DNA of 64,000 nucleotides from Escherichia coli O157:H7 (GTDB lineage Bacteria; Pseudomonadota; Gammaproteobacteria; Enterobacterales; Enterobacteriaceae): NCBI RefSeq assembly GCF_013167455.1, contig NZ_CP038328.1; one strand, 5' to 3'. Shown piece by piece: positions 7,511 to 15,062 of this stretch (position 1 is its first letter; each line of letters starts with the position of its first letter). The notes under the pieces were generated by a model. It saw only the letters and a program-made list of their open reading frames with translations, ran no database searches and was not told where the DNA came from. The position numbers and the translations under genes were made by a program.

Positions 7511-7927
7511 TTACTGCTGACTGTTTTTCTGCTTCATCTGCTCCAGTCTCCGCTTCAGTAGTTCGCTGGCTACTGATTTATCTTCTTCCGTGACTTCACC
7601 GCAAGGTTGCCCGTTCAGTCCATACCGTGCGCCGCCAGCGACAATGGCTTTCAGGTATCGCGTCGTGTGGATGTATGAGGTTAATGCGCCACGTAATACG
7701 CCATGACCAATCGCCAGTTCCCGCGCCTTCGCGTCCTGCAACATATCGTGTATCACGCCAGCCTTAAGGGGTTTTATATTCTCTGCCCCAAACAGTTCAG
7801 GCCAGTACTCAGCCAGTCGGTTTATCCTCCTGCGGTTTTTTCGCTGCCGCTTTGTCATGTGCTGCCACGGTATGCGCCGTGATGGTTTACGTGTGGTCTG
7901 GTCCTGTTGTGTGGTCTGCTGGTTCAT
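7511..7927 (-). CDS. FinO/ProQ-domain RNA-binding protein (138 aa)
   Basis: LAEYWPELFG...KPLKAGVIHDMLQDA...LRGALTSYIHTTRYLKAIVAGGARYGLNGQPCGEVTEE fits the FinO/ProQ N-terminal domain pattern. The N- and C-terminal tails are basic. Confidence 0.7.
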   Translation of the reverse strand: MNQQTTQQDQTTRKPSRRIPWQHMTKRQRKNRRRINRLAEYWPELFGAENIKPLKAGVIHDMLQDAKARELAIGHGVLRGALTSYIHTTRYLKAIVAGGARYGLNGQPCGEVTEEDKSVASELLKRRLEQMKQKNSQQ

Positions 7928-7943
7928 GTTGTGCTCCTGTCAT

Positions 7944-8393
7944 TCAGAACGGAATATCGTCAGAGAACGGGTCATCACCTCCCGCTGGTGGCTGATTCCC
8001 CCGTGTTCCGGTCTGTCGTTTTGCTCTTTCCAGTGCTTCGGTCGCCTTCCCCTGTTGCCCCCGCTTCCCGCCAGGACGCGCCGAACGGGCACTGATTACG
8101 CTGTCAGCGATAACCTGCCAGCCCTGCCGTATTTCTCCGTTCTGTCCGGTCCACTGACTGATCTGCATGTTACCCGCCACGCTGATAAGGTCGCCTTTTT
8201 CATGTCTCGCCAGCGCGTCGGCCTGCTTACCAAATGCCAGGACTGATAGCCATAACGTCGCCTGTCCGTCCTGTGCCTGACTGCATGGCAAAGATACCGC
8301 CATACGCGCCAGCGTCATCGGTGTGCCCTTGCTGGTCTGTTTTACCTGCGGGTCGTCCACCAGCCGTCCGTAAGCTGCAATCTGTGCTGTCAT
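7944..8393 (-). CDS. ssb: single-stranded DNA-binding protein
   Basis: OB-fold-like N-terminus, a Gly/Gln/Pro-rich linker and the acidic C-terminal tip DDDIPF-type (…GDDPFSDDIPF). Confidence 0.85.
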   Translation of the reverse strand: MTAQIAAYGRLVDDPQVKQTSKGTPMTLARMAVSLPCSQAQDGQATLWLSVLAFGKQADALARHEKGDLISVAGNMQISQWTGQNGEIRQGWQVIADSVISARSARPGGKRGQQGKATEALERAKRQTGTRGNQPPAGGDDPFSDDIPF

Positions 8394-8839
8394 GGTCTGC
8401 GCTCCTTGTTCCGGTACTCTTGGATAATACCCATTGTCATATCGAATAAATCACATGCCGCTTTTTCTGCATCTTCCGCTTTCAGGTCATACAGCGTCAT
8501 GAAATGGTAAGTGATCGCCCGTGCTGCTCTTTTGCTGTTTGCTGCATATTTCTCATAGATTTTTCCTGCCCGCTCTTCAATATCCCGTCGGAACTCTTCA
8601 CGTTCAAACAGGTCACGGTGTATCAACATCAGCGAATCATTCAGCCATGTCACATCGGCGTATACCGTTCGCTTCCAGACAATCAGGATCGGAAGTTTAT
8701 GTTTGTCGCAGTGATGCAGATGTTCGTCAGGTATATAAAGCGTGGCTCTGCCTCGTACCGATACGAACCTCACAACAGATTCCGGTTCGGTTAAATCGAT
8801 AGCGTGTGAATGTGATTTTTTGGCGTGTTTCTCTGTCAT
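8390..8839 (-). CDS. hypothetical protein (149 aa)
   Basis: ORF with a 4-nt overlap onto ssb. It lies directly downstream of the iteron cluster. No family recognised. Confidence 0.55.
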   Translation of the reverse strand: MTEKHAKKSHSHAIDLTEPESVVRFVSVRGRATLYIPDEHLHHCDKHKLPILIVWKRTVYADVTWLNDSLMLIHRDLFEREEFRRDIEERAGKIYEKYAANSKRAARAITYHFMTLYDLKAEDAEKAACDLFDMTMGIIQEYRNKERRP

Positions 8840-8883
8840 AAAATTTTTCTCAAAGGAATAAATAAAAATTTATGCCCAAAAGG

Positions 8884-9113
8884 TGTTCAACTGTTCACCT
8901 TTTGCTATTTCGCCTTTAGATTCATGAAGTTAAGGGGTGAACGCTTTTTGTAAAGGTGTTCACCAACTGTTCACCCTGCTCACCCGCGACTGTTCAAAAA
9001 TCATACAAAAAGGTGAACAGGTGAATACTTTGGTGAATAGTTTTACAAAAAGTGTTCACCCATTAACATATTGATACTAAATACATTTATTGCAGGGTGA
9101 ACAGTGGTGAACA
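8884..9113. repeat. P4-type ori/crr-like iteron cluster (TGTTCACC octamers in both orientations)
   Basis: Perfect TGTTCACC at 8892, 8957, 8968 and 9053. Perfect GGTGAACA at 9012, 9096 and 9106. At least 6 one-mismatch variants. AT-rich context directly downstream of the alpha-like gene. TGTTCACC is the type I iteron bound by P4 alpha protein (established). Confidence 0.8.
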
Positions 9114-9126
9114 GTTTTTCTATAAC

Positions 9127-10953
9127 TTAATTTTTATCACCCTCATTTTTCACTGGTGCACATGACGGCAGCCAGTCCTCAGACTCATCCGTCAGTATCA
9201 CGTTTGATCGCACACCTTCTTTAGTTCTCTTTTTCATATACTCCCTGCCATATTCCGCCATTGCGCCTGGCATATCTGCACCGAAGCGCGTCAGTGTTAC
9301 GGGCTTACTGAAACCGTGCGCCCTCATATACGAGAGATAGGCGTGATAAAGATAACGGCGTGGACTGAAAGGAATAATCTCAGCATTACCGACTAACAGG
9401 CCGTCACACATTACCGACGACATGAGATAGCCGCAGAAGTCCACCAGCGAATCCCCCTCACGCTTTATCGCCAGTGCTTCTTCTGATTTCTGCTGCTCAT
9501 ATAAAAGGCGTCTGGCTTCGTCCTGATCAGCAAACCGTGTAAGCAGATGACGAATCACTACAGCAAGCTCACCTTCTATTTTTTCCGGCAGCATCGGATC
9601 GCGTTCGTTTTCCGGTACAACCTCCGAAAAATTGAATATCACACGACGACGTGAGATCCCCCCGCTGCGGTCACTGAATGACATGGCGCTGTTGTTAACC
9701 GCCAGCACAACCGCCGGAATACGCGTTGAGTATGGCGCTTTGTGTTTCGGGTCAATTGCCACCTTGTCACCGCCCGTAATGGCCTTTATCCCTGCACCAT
9801 CACCCGCGTAGCGGGTCATATCCGGCAGAATAATCAGTGAAAAGCCAACCACTAATGCGCGTTCCCTTGCATCCTCCAGTGCCTTCATGCTTGCCGATAC
9901 CGTGTTGGCCTTACCTGCCAGCATGGTACAAATCTCCGCCATAACACTTTTACCGCTTCCACCAGGACCTGTTACCTCAATGAATAACTGCCAGTCGTAC
10001 CGGTTCGCCAGCACCATAAATAACGCTGCCAGAACGCGATCTGCCTTGCGGTCATTCTCAGCCACCGAACGGCGCAACCATTTCCAGAAATTCGGCGCAT
10101 GTGTTGCCAGCGTTTCCCCCTCTGCTGGTGGGCTGAAAGGTAATTCACTGGCAATTAACAACCAGTCGTTTTTGTTATGCTCCCGAAAATTACCTGTTCT
10201 GGTATCAAATACCCCGTTACTGAATCCAATCAGGTTACGGGCTGTATTCCCCATTACAGGCAAACTTAACTTCATGGTATCGACCGCCGATTTAATGGCG
10301 TTCTGCGAATAGCTGATCTCCGCATCAATGAAAATCTGTGCCATAGCTCGCTGTAATTCTTTATCCTGTACTGGCTCCCATACAACGCCGTTGTAATGGT
10401 GAACAGTGTCAGAGTCAGCATGAATCGCCAGTTCACCGCCATAATGTGCCAGGAGAACTTCGCCGCGTTGACTTGCTCCCATCTGGTTAAGCGCTAGTGA
10501 TGAAGCGTTATCGTCTTTTACCCGCTCTTTTTTCTTTACAGGCAGTTCAACTACCTTTTTCTTTTCCGCCTGCTCTGCCCGTTCACGTTCCAGATATTCG
10601 CGCCAGTTCTCCCGTTTCTGGCTGTGCATTCCTTCAGGGTAATAATCAGCATCCCTGACACCTGCCACTGCCAGTTTCTGCCCGATGGTATTAACAAGCC
10701 CCGGACGCAATAACCCCGCCTGATAGAGACGCACGCGATAGCGTCCGTCCGGTACGATTTGCAGGTTGTCCAGTTCGGCAAGTTGTTGCTCTCCAAGCCA
10801 GACAGGTGGCACGTTATCGCCAGCCAGTCGCCCGTCCTGTTCCTGCCACTGCTTCGCATGTGCCCACGCATCACTGCCAGCGAAAATAATCACTTCCGTA
10901 TCGGCGTGTTTTTTCCCTCGAGGCTGTTTTTTTAAGTTCGGTGCGCTTTTCAT
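9127..10953 (-). CDS. P4-alpha-like replication protein (D5/SF3 helicase with P4-family primase C-terminal region)
   Basis: Walker A VTGPGGSGKS and Walker B-like LIILPD, with D5_N-like upstream region. A C-terminal DNA-binding-like tail is adjacent to the cognate-looking iterons. At 608 aa it is shorter than P4 alpha (777 aa). Confidence 0.8.
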   Translation of the reverse strand: MKSAPNLKKQPRGKKHADTEVIIFAGSDAWAHAKQWQEQDGRLAGDNVPPVWLGEQQLAELDNLQIVPDGRYRVRLYQAGLLRPGLVNTIGQKLAVAGVRDADYYPEGMHSQKRENWREYLERERAEQAEKKKVVELPVKKKERVKDDNASSLALNQMGASQRGEVLLAHYGGELAIHADSDTVHHYNGVVWEPVQDKELQRAMAQIFIDAEISYSQNAIKSAVDTMKLSLPVMGNTARNLIGFSNGVFDTRTGNFREHNKNDWLLIASELPFSPPAEGETLATHAPNFWKWLRRSVAENDRKADRVLAALFMVLANRYDWQLFIEVTGPGGSGKSVMAEICTMLAGKANTVSASMKALEDARERALVVGFSLIILPDMTRYAGDGAGIKAITGGDKVAIDPKHKAPYSTRIPAVVLAVNNSAMSFSDRSGGISRRRVIFNFSEVVPENERDPMLPEKIEGELAVVIRHLLTRFADQDEARRLLYEQQKSEEALAIKREGDSLVDFCGYLMSSVMCDGLLVGNAEIIPFSPRRYLYHAYLSYMRAHGFSKPVTLTRFGADMPGAMAEYGREYMKKRTKEGVRSNVILTDESEDWLPSCAPVKNEGDKN

Positions 10954-11072
10954 TTCTTACCTCTGCTGATCATCGTCATGTGGCTACCGTATTCATTGCG
11001 GTAAATATCCCCGCACATAAATTCGGGGTGAGTTTTGCTACTGGCAGTTAAGCCAGTATTTTTTGATGCCAT
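10950..11072 (-). CDS. possible 40-aa small ORF translationally coupled to the alpha-like gene
   Basis: AGGAG lies 9 nt upstream of the ATG (11070-11072). Its TGA overlaps the alpha ATG (ATGA). The product would be MASKNTGLTASSKTHPEFMCGDIYRNEYGSHMTMISRGKK. Confidence 0.3.
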   Translation of the reverse strand: MASKNTGLTASSKTHPEFMCGDIYRNEYGSHMTMISRGKK

Positions 11073-11129
11073 TGAATTAATCTCCTGAAGGAGTCGTCTT
11101 AATCCTTATTTCCCGTTTATTTTTAGCCG

Positions 11130-11321
11130 TTATTGTTCGCCGCGTTTTTCTTCCTCCGTCATTAACCACACCGCCACATTGCTGGAAAGTTGTTTGATAA
11201 GTCCTGCAATAACAGAAAGGTCATGGTCGTCTATTTCTTCGTGGTTGCGTTCAATCATGCGGCTGATTACTTCGACCTGTTGCGCTTGCAGTGAGGCTTC
11301 TGCCAGTGTTATTTGCTGCAT
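11130..11321 (-). CDS. small acidic protein (63 aa), paralog of 11366-11575
   Basis: Shares the ...L(I/A)(G/L)LIKQL(S/T)...WL... block with the neighbouring 69-aa ORF. Rich in Asp/Glu. Confidence 0.55.
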   Translation of the reverse strand: MQQITLAEASLQAQQVEVISRMIERNHEEIDDHDLSVIAGLIKQLSSNVAVWLMTEEEKRGEQ

Positions 11322-11365
11322 TACTGCACCCCCTTAATTTCATGATATTCAGAACAACAAAGGAT

Positions 11366-11575
11366 TCAGTCATTGACGCATATTGCATCATCACCCGATG
11401 CAGCAATCAGCCAGCTACCTGCCTTACCTGTAAGCTGCTTAATCAGGGCGAGCAATGACTCAATCTCACCCTCAGTCATTCCACCTGTGTTACCCATCAT
11501 CAGAGAACAAATAAGTTCTGCCTGCATTGCGCTTTTTGCTGCTTCATCAACAGTCATATCGGAAAAATCACACAT
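11366..11575 (-). CDS. small acidic protein (69 aa), paralog of 11130-11321
   Basis: ESLLALIKQLTGKAGSWLIA aligns with VIAGLIKQLSSNVAVWLMT in the neighbour. Confidence 0.55.
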   Translation of the reverse strand: MCDFSDMTVDEAAKSAMQAELICSLMMGNTGGMTEGEIESLLALIKQLTGKAGSWLIAASGDDAICVND

Positions 11576-11578
11576 GAA

Positions 11579-11764
11579 TTACTCCTCATCCTGAATACAT
11601 GTAACTGCGTGGATAATTACGCCGGATAAACCGGCTTTAGCTGATTTGTTAATTACTGTGCTGATTGCAGCCTGGACGTTTTCGGCCTTCACGTTCTGTG
11701 TGATGCCGATGGTATGGCCGCGCTTGTTAACAGCACGGGAAAAGACGCGGAAGGTTTTAAGCAT
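11579..11764 (-). CDS. hypothetical small protein (61 aa)
   Basis: ORF packed between the Icd-like gene (8-nt overlap) and the acidic paralogs. No family recognised. Confidence 0.45.
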   Translation of the reverse strand: MLKTFRVFSRAVNKRGHTIGITQNVKAENVQAAISTVINKSAKAGLSGVIIHAVTCIQDEE

Positions 11765-11927
11765 GAGTCACCTCCTGACGGATACGGGCGACAAAAATCA
11801 GATGTGCGTGCGGCAGCCGGGCGCGTGCTTCGCGCTCAGTGGCAGCGGTAACGGTGAATATTGCAATGCTGTCTGTCAGGCACTGCATAAAGCGCCAGAC
11901 AAAGTAAGGGCGTGCGGATACAGCCAT
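11757..11927 (-). CDS. Icd-like / Ash-region small protein (56 aa from ATG 11925-11927; the ORF is open to 12065)
   Basis: GAGGAG RBS lies 8 nt upstream. MAVSARPYFVWRFMQCLTDS... and the upstream MVG...PSG...SKANSV... extension resemble what databases label Icd-like and Ash-family proteins of P4-like elements (from memory). Confidence 0.5.
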   Translation of the reverse strand: MAVSARPYFVWRFMQCLTDSIAIFTVTAATEREARARLPHAHLIFVARIRQEVTHA

Positions 11928-12907
11928 GTGAAAGGCTCCTCTGACTTTGGGATTATACCCACCGCCCAAGAGGCCAATCTTGCTGGCGGTGGACTGTACG
12001 GAATTGGCCTTACTGGTGTTAGAGGAAACCAGCCTTCCCGAAGGAAGTTCCATACAGCCCACCATTGTTGAGGTGTGCGTGTGCGCCGATACAAAAAAAA
12101 AGACGCTGGCGCGTCGTGTATCGCCTCTAACTCCAGCGGGAGGCCAATCCCGATCCCCGTTTTATAAGGGATAGCCTCAGTATATGCCGCTTTTTTGCTT
12201 AAGTGGTCGGATGTGTTGCGAGAGAAGTTTGTGCGAAAAATACCTGCGTTTTCTTTGAAAGCACATAATAACATCACGTTATTTATGTTTATGCAGTGTG
12301 TCGCAAAGCGACCTGAATCATCACGCAAATTACAACCATAAAAAATACCTGCGCTGTGATATGAGGTACTACAGCGCACCGCTTTACGGGTACAGACAAT
12401 GACAAATGAAGAATTACAGGAAATCGCATTATCCATACTTGAGCGACAGCGCGAAAAAGCACAACGGCAAAGGAGGTTGTTACTTAATCCACTGCCACTC
12501 ACCAGGCCAACACGATTTGCCCTTGAAGATTTTGTCGAGAAATACCCACGGCGGTTAAAAGCCACTAAAAACCGACCGCCTGGCTGATAGCCTTGTCCAC
12601 CAGCTACACTCATGGCATAGTTGGTGATGCGCTTGATTTCCTTTATCTCCATTGGCGACCCTTCCGTGGTCGCCTTTGTTTTGCCTGCCATTCCTGCATC
12701 ATGCGGATATTCGCGCCATACAGGGCCACCAGCGCGATAATTTAATAAAACCTCCTTCTGATAATGCTTAACGTGTTTCATGCGCTCAGCGGCGAAATGG
12801 CTCACGATATGGTGCATGTAATCAGAATGGTTGAGGCTCAGTTGTGCGAACGTATCCGCCGTGTCGATGTACAGGGCGGCAGCGTTGCGGATGTCAGGCA
12901 TGTTCAT
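11876..12907 (-). CDS. uninterrupted 343-codon ORF; only the first ~100 codons look coding, so its real extent is uncertain
   Basis: GGGAGAG RBS, and the ATG overlaps the end of the antirepressor gene by 14 nt. The N-terminal third has E. coli-like codon usage. The rest is Cys/Ser/Arg-rich and crosses a terminator, a TATAAT box and the Icd-like gene in another frame. Confidence 0.3.
   Translation of the reverse strand: MNMPDIRNAAALYIDTADTFAQLSLNHSDYMHHIVSHFAAERMKHVKHYQKEVLLNYRAGGPVWREYPHDAGMAGKTKATTEGSPMEIKEIKRITNYAMSVAGGQGYQPGGRFLVAFNRRGYFSTKSSRANRVGLVSGSGLSNNLLCRCAFSRCRSSMDNAISCNSSFVIVCTRKAVRCSTSYHSAGIFYGCNLRDDSGRFATHCININNVMLLCAFKENAGIFRTNFSRNTSDHLSKKAAYTEAIPYKTGIGIGLPLELEAIHDAPASFFLYRRTRTPQQWWAVWNFLREGWFPLTPVRPIPYSPPPARLASWAVGIIPKSEEPFTWLYPHALTLSGALCSA
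12093..12115 (-). terminator. intrinsic terminator on the minus strand inside the 343-codon ORF
   Basis: The minus strand reads GACGC-GCCA-GCGTC followed by T9 (complement of 12093-12101). Confidence 0.5.
12399..12587 (+). CDS. possible small basic helical protein (62 aa), antisense to the long ORF
   Basis: MTNEELQEIALSILERQREKAQRQRR... is followed 66 nt later by a good plus-strand terminator. The RBS is weak. Confidence 0.35.
   Translation: MTNEELQEIALSILERQREKAQRQRRLLLNPLPLTRPTRFALEDFVEKYPRRLKATKNRPPG
12654..12683 (+). terminator. intrinsic terminator on the plus strand
   Basis: ggcgacc (12654-12660) pairs with ggtcgcc (12668-12674) and is followed by tttgttttg. Confidence 0.55.
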
Positions 12908-13742
12908 GCTCTCCCATGCGACGGGCCAGCCAGCGCTGTGAAAGGCGGATTAATTCGGCTTTTCGCTGCTGGTAAGTCATACCCAACTCAATCAGCGTGA
13001 TATTGCTCTGGTCAAGGTAGGAAAGGTGTTCAAGCTGCATAACGCTCATGCTGTCACGCGGTTTTCCTTTGATGCCGTTCGCCTGCGCCCATTGTTTCGC
13101 CGTCATGCCGCCCAGCACGATACGCGCCAGCATATTTGATTCTGTGGTGTAGTGGTGTTGATGAGTCTCTTTTCCCAACTCTGCGCGGTACAACTCCAGC
13201 GCAGCGCACATAGGCTTAAAAAAACTGGCAACGGTGACACGCGCTTTCAGTTCACGGCGCAAAGCTGCGGCACGTTCCGGCGCTGCCTTGTGTAGCTCTT
13301 CTTCACATTTGATGAAGTACTGGCGAATTGCGCGGCCCTGTTCAGTGCGTTCGACCATCGCCAGTTCTTTAGCCATGTTCGTGGAGATCAAATAGTCTTC
13401 ACTGCGGCGATCACCGCCGCGCTTTGTTGTCCAGCCAGAATCAAACTGTTCAATATTTACACTTTGGCTCCCCCGTTTCGGGGAATCAAAGTACAAATTT
13501 TCTACAACCTCAAAATCCACACCTTTTTTAAATCCGTACTCCTCAATACGCCCTTTGATCCAGGTAGTGAAATCACGGCCTACACCGAGCGCTTTATGCA
13601 GTGCGCGTGCGCTGACAATGCCCGTTTCATATCCGCCAATAATGCCAGGTGATACCGGAATAATTGCGGCGAAATACTGTTGGCTCAGTTCTTCGGACTG
13701 AACGAAGCCCTGCCCCTGTACGGGCATATTCGGACGTTTCAT
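12894..13742 (-). CDS. phage antirepressor, AntA/AntB N-terminal domain family (282 aa)
   Basis: ARALHKALGVGRDFTTWIKGRIEEYGFKKGVDFE...DYLISTNMAKELAMVERTEQGRAIRQYFIKCE fits the AntA domain pattern. Confidence 0.7.
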   Translation of the reverse strand: MKRPNMPVQGQGFVQSEELSQQYFAAIIPVSPGIIGGYETGIVSARALHKALGVGRDFTTWIKGRIEEYGFKKGVDFEVVENLYFDSPKRGSQSVNIEQFDSGWTTKRGGDRRSEDYLISTNMAKELAMVERTEQGRAIRQYFIKCEEELHKAAPERAAALRRELKARVTVASFFKPMCAALELYRAELGKETHQHHYTTESNMLARIVLGGMTAKQWAQANGIKGKPRDSMSVMQLEHLSYLDQSNITLIELGMTYQQRKAELIRLSQRWLARRMGEHEHA

Positions 13743-13809
13743 TGAAAACTCCTGCTGTCGAATCAGGTTTGGTGCTGACGGGCGCGGAACTGTACGCCCG
13801 TCATGCTGA

Positions 13810-14025
13810 TCACTGCTTGGTGTTGTTGCGGCGCTCGTTCAGCCAGTGGTTGATCTCCACCGCATTAAATACGGTGTTTTTCTCCCCCAGCTTCGTGGGC
13901 TTCGGTAATTTGCCGATACGCACCCAGCGGTCGATAGTTGACACGCTGGTATCAAGCAACTTAGCCAGGTTGCAGCGGCGGATGTAGCCCGTGGTAGGGA
14001 TAGCTTCTTGATGGTTAGCTGTCAT
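13810..14025 (-). CDS. alpA: AlpA/Vis-family transcriptional regulator or excisionase (71 aa)
   Basis: YIRRCNLAKLLDTSVSTIDRWVRIGKLPKPTKLGEKNTVFNAVEINHWL is the typical AlpA HTH. It sits near the integrase, as in P4-like and PICI-like elements. Confidence 0.8.
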   Translation of the reverse strand: MTANHQEAIPTTGYIRRCNLAKLLDTSVSTIDRWVRIGKLPKPTKLGEKNTVFNAVEINHWLNERRNNTKQ

Positions 14026-14411
14026 GATTCCCTCTTGGGTTAAAAGTTGATGTTTTCTCTATTCTATTGGTTGTTTGTACAGCATTCCATCAAATCTGGA
14101 ATCTATCAAAATATTCACAGATTCTATTGAAATAATATATTTCCAGTAAAAGATTGTGTGAGCGGGAAGAGGTGCTAAGACTTTGAAAGTTTTTGCTTTA
14201 TTGGCGATAGGTCACTGAATCCGTATACATCCTGATACCGTGATATACCCAATGCGTCGTTATGCGCTGTTATGGTTTGCCATCTTTTGCCAGTTTTTAA
14301 CGTGTTAATCCTGTTTATACCGATTTATAACGATTAATAACGGTGAATAAATTTTGCTGGTGGGGGATGTATGGGGATTACAGCCCCGTGAATACAGGGC
14401 GTGTTGGCTGG

Positions 14412-15062
14412 TTAATCTGCCTGGCTTACTGCCAGTAATGCGGCTGATATTTTTTGCATAAACGTGGATTTGGCTAGCCCTTTTGGCGATATCCCTTTCT
14501 CCTTCATCAGCGCTTCCATGTCGCGGTAAATGGCTGAACGGTTTGGTTCTCCGTCCTGAATGTATGCGGTTGTGCCTGATTTTTTCACGAGGAGTAAAAC
14601 CAGCAACCCCATCATCTTCATGTTTCCCTGTTCTTCGTCGAGTTTCCTGTGCTGCCCCCTTCCGCTGCGGCTTGTTTCTTTGATGTAACGGACCAGATCC
14701 CGCCCGCCAAGATTAAGGGCTTTTTCCTCCCAGTTTTTTGTCCCACGCAAATCATCGATAGTATCTGTTACCGCCTTGATTATTGCCTCTGGCGTGCCTG
14801 CCTCCATGAACGGGAAGGAAGCAAGGAATATATCCCCCGCTCTGTATGGCTCATCCTTGCTTGTTTTTACTCCACTATGCAGCCTGATAGCACGTGCGAT
14901 ATGAGTTCTGGCTGATTCGACCTGTTCGAACTTGTCCTGCGGTACGTCGCCTATCCTCATTGACGGATTAAGATCAGCTAACGCAAGGGCCATTTCGTGG
15001 GGAGTGATTGAAACAGAAGCGCAAAGGCGCTCTATTGGCGATTTCTTCAGGATGTTAATCAT
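14412..15062 (-). CDS. hypothetical protein (216 aa) translationally coupled to the integrase gene
   Basis: Its ATG (15060-15062) overlaps the integrase TGA (15059-15061) as ATGA. No family or catalytic motif recognised. A 380-bp AT-rich spacer follows. Confidence 0.6.
   Translation of the reverse strand: MINILKKSPIERLCASVSITPHEMALALADLNPSMRIGDVPQDKFEQVESARTHIARAIRLHSGVKTSKDEPYRAGDIFLASFPFMEAGTPEAIIKAVTDTIDDLRGTKNWEEKALNLGGRDLVRYIKETSRSGRGQHRKLDEEQGNMKMMGLLVLLLVKKSGTTAYIQDGEPNRSAIYRDMEALMKEKGISPKGLAKSTFMQKISAALLAVSQAD

Noticed and set aside
6750-9125. cos or pac site of a helper phage (lambda GGGCGGCGACCT or a P2/P4-type cos) in the island non-coding regions
   Set aside because: I could not find either cohesive-end sequence by eye anywhere in the island. 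The only near match, ggcggcgacgt, lies inside lldP. Absence is not proven without a computational scan.
11928-12065. Calling the 102-aa extension (MVGCMELPSGRLVSS...) a separate Ash protein gene
   Set aside because: There is no RBS at 12065 and a strong GAGGAG RBS at the internal ATG (11927). The upstream part overlaps promoter-like and palindromic DNA. It is kept as a note on the Icd-like feature instead.
14252-14308. 18-aa hydrophobic peptide MRRYALLWFAIFCQFLTC as a type I toxin
   Set aside because: No Shine-Dalgarno, no obvious antisense RNA partner or promoter, and too short to assess from sequence alone.
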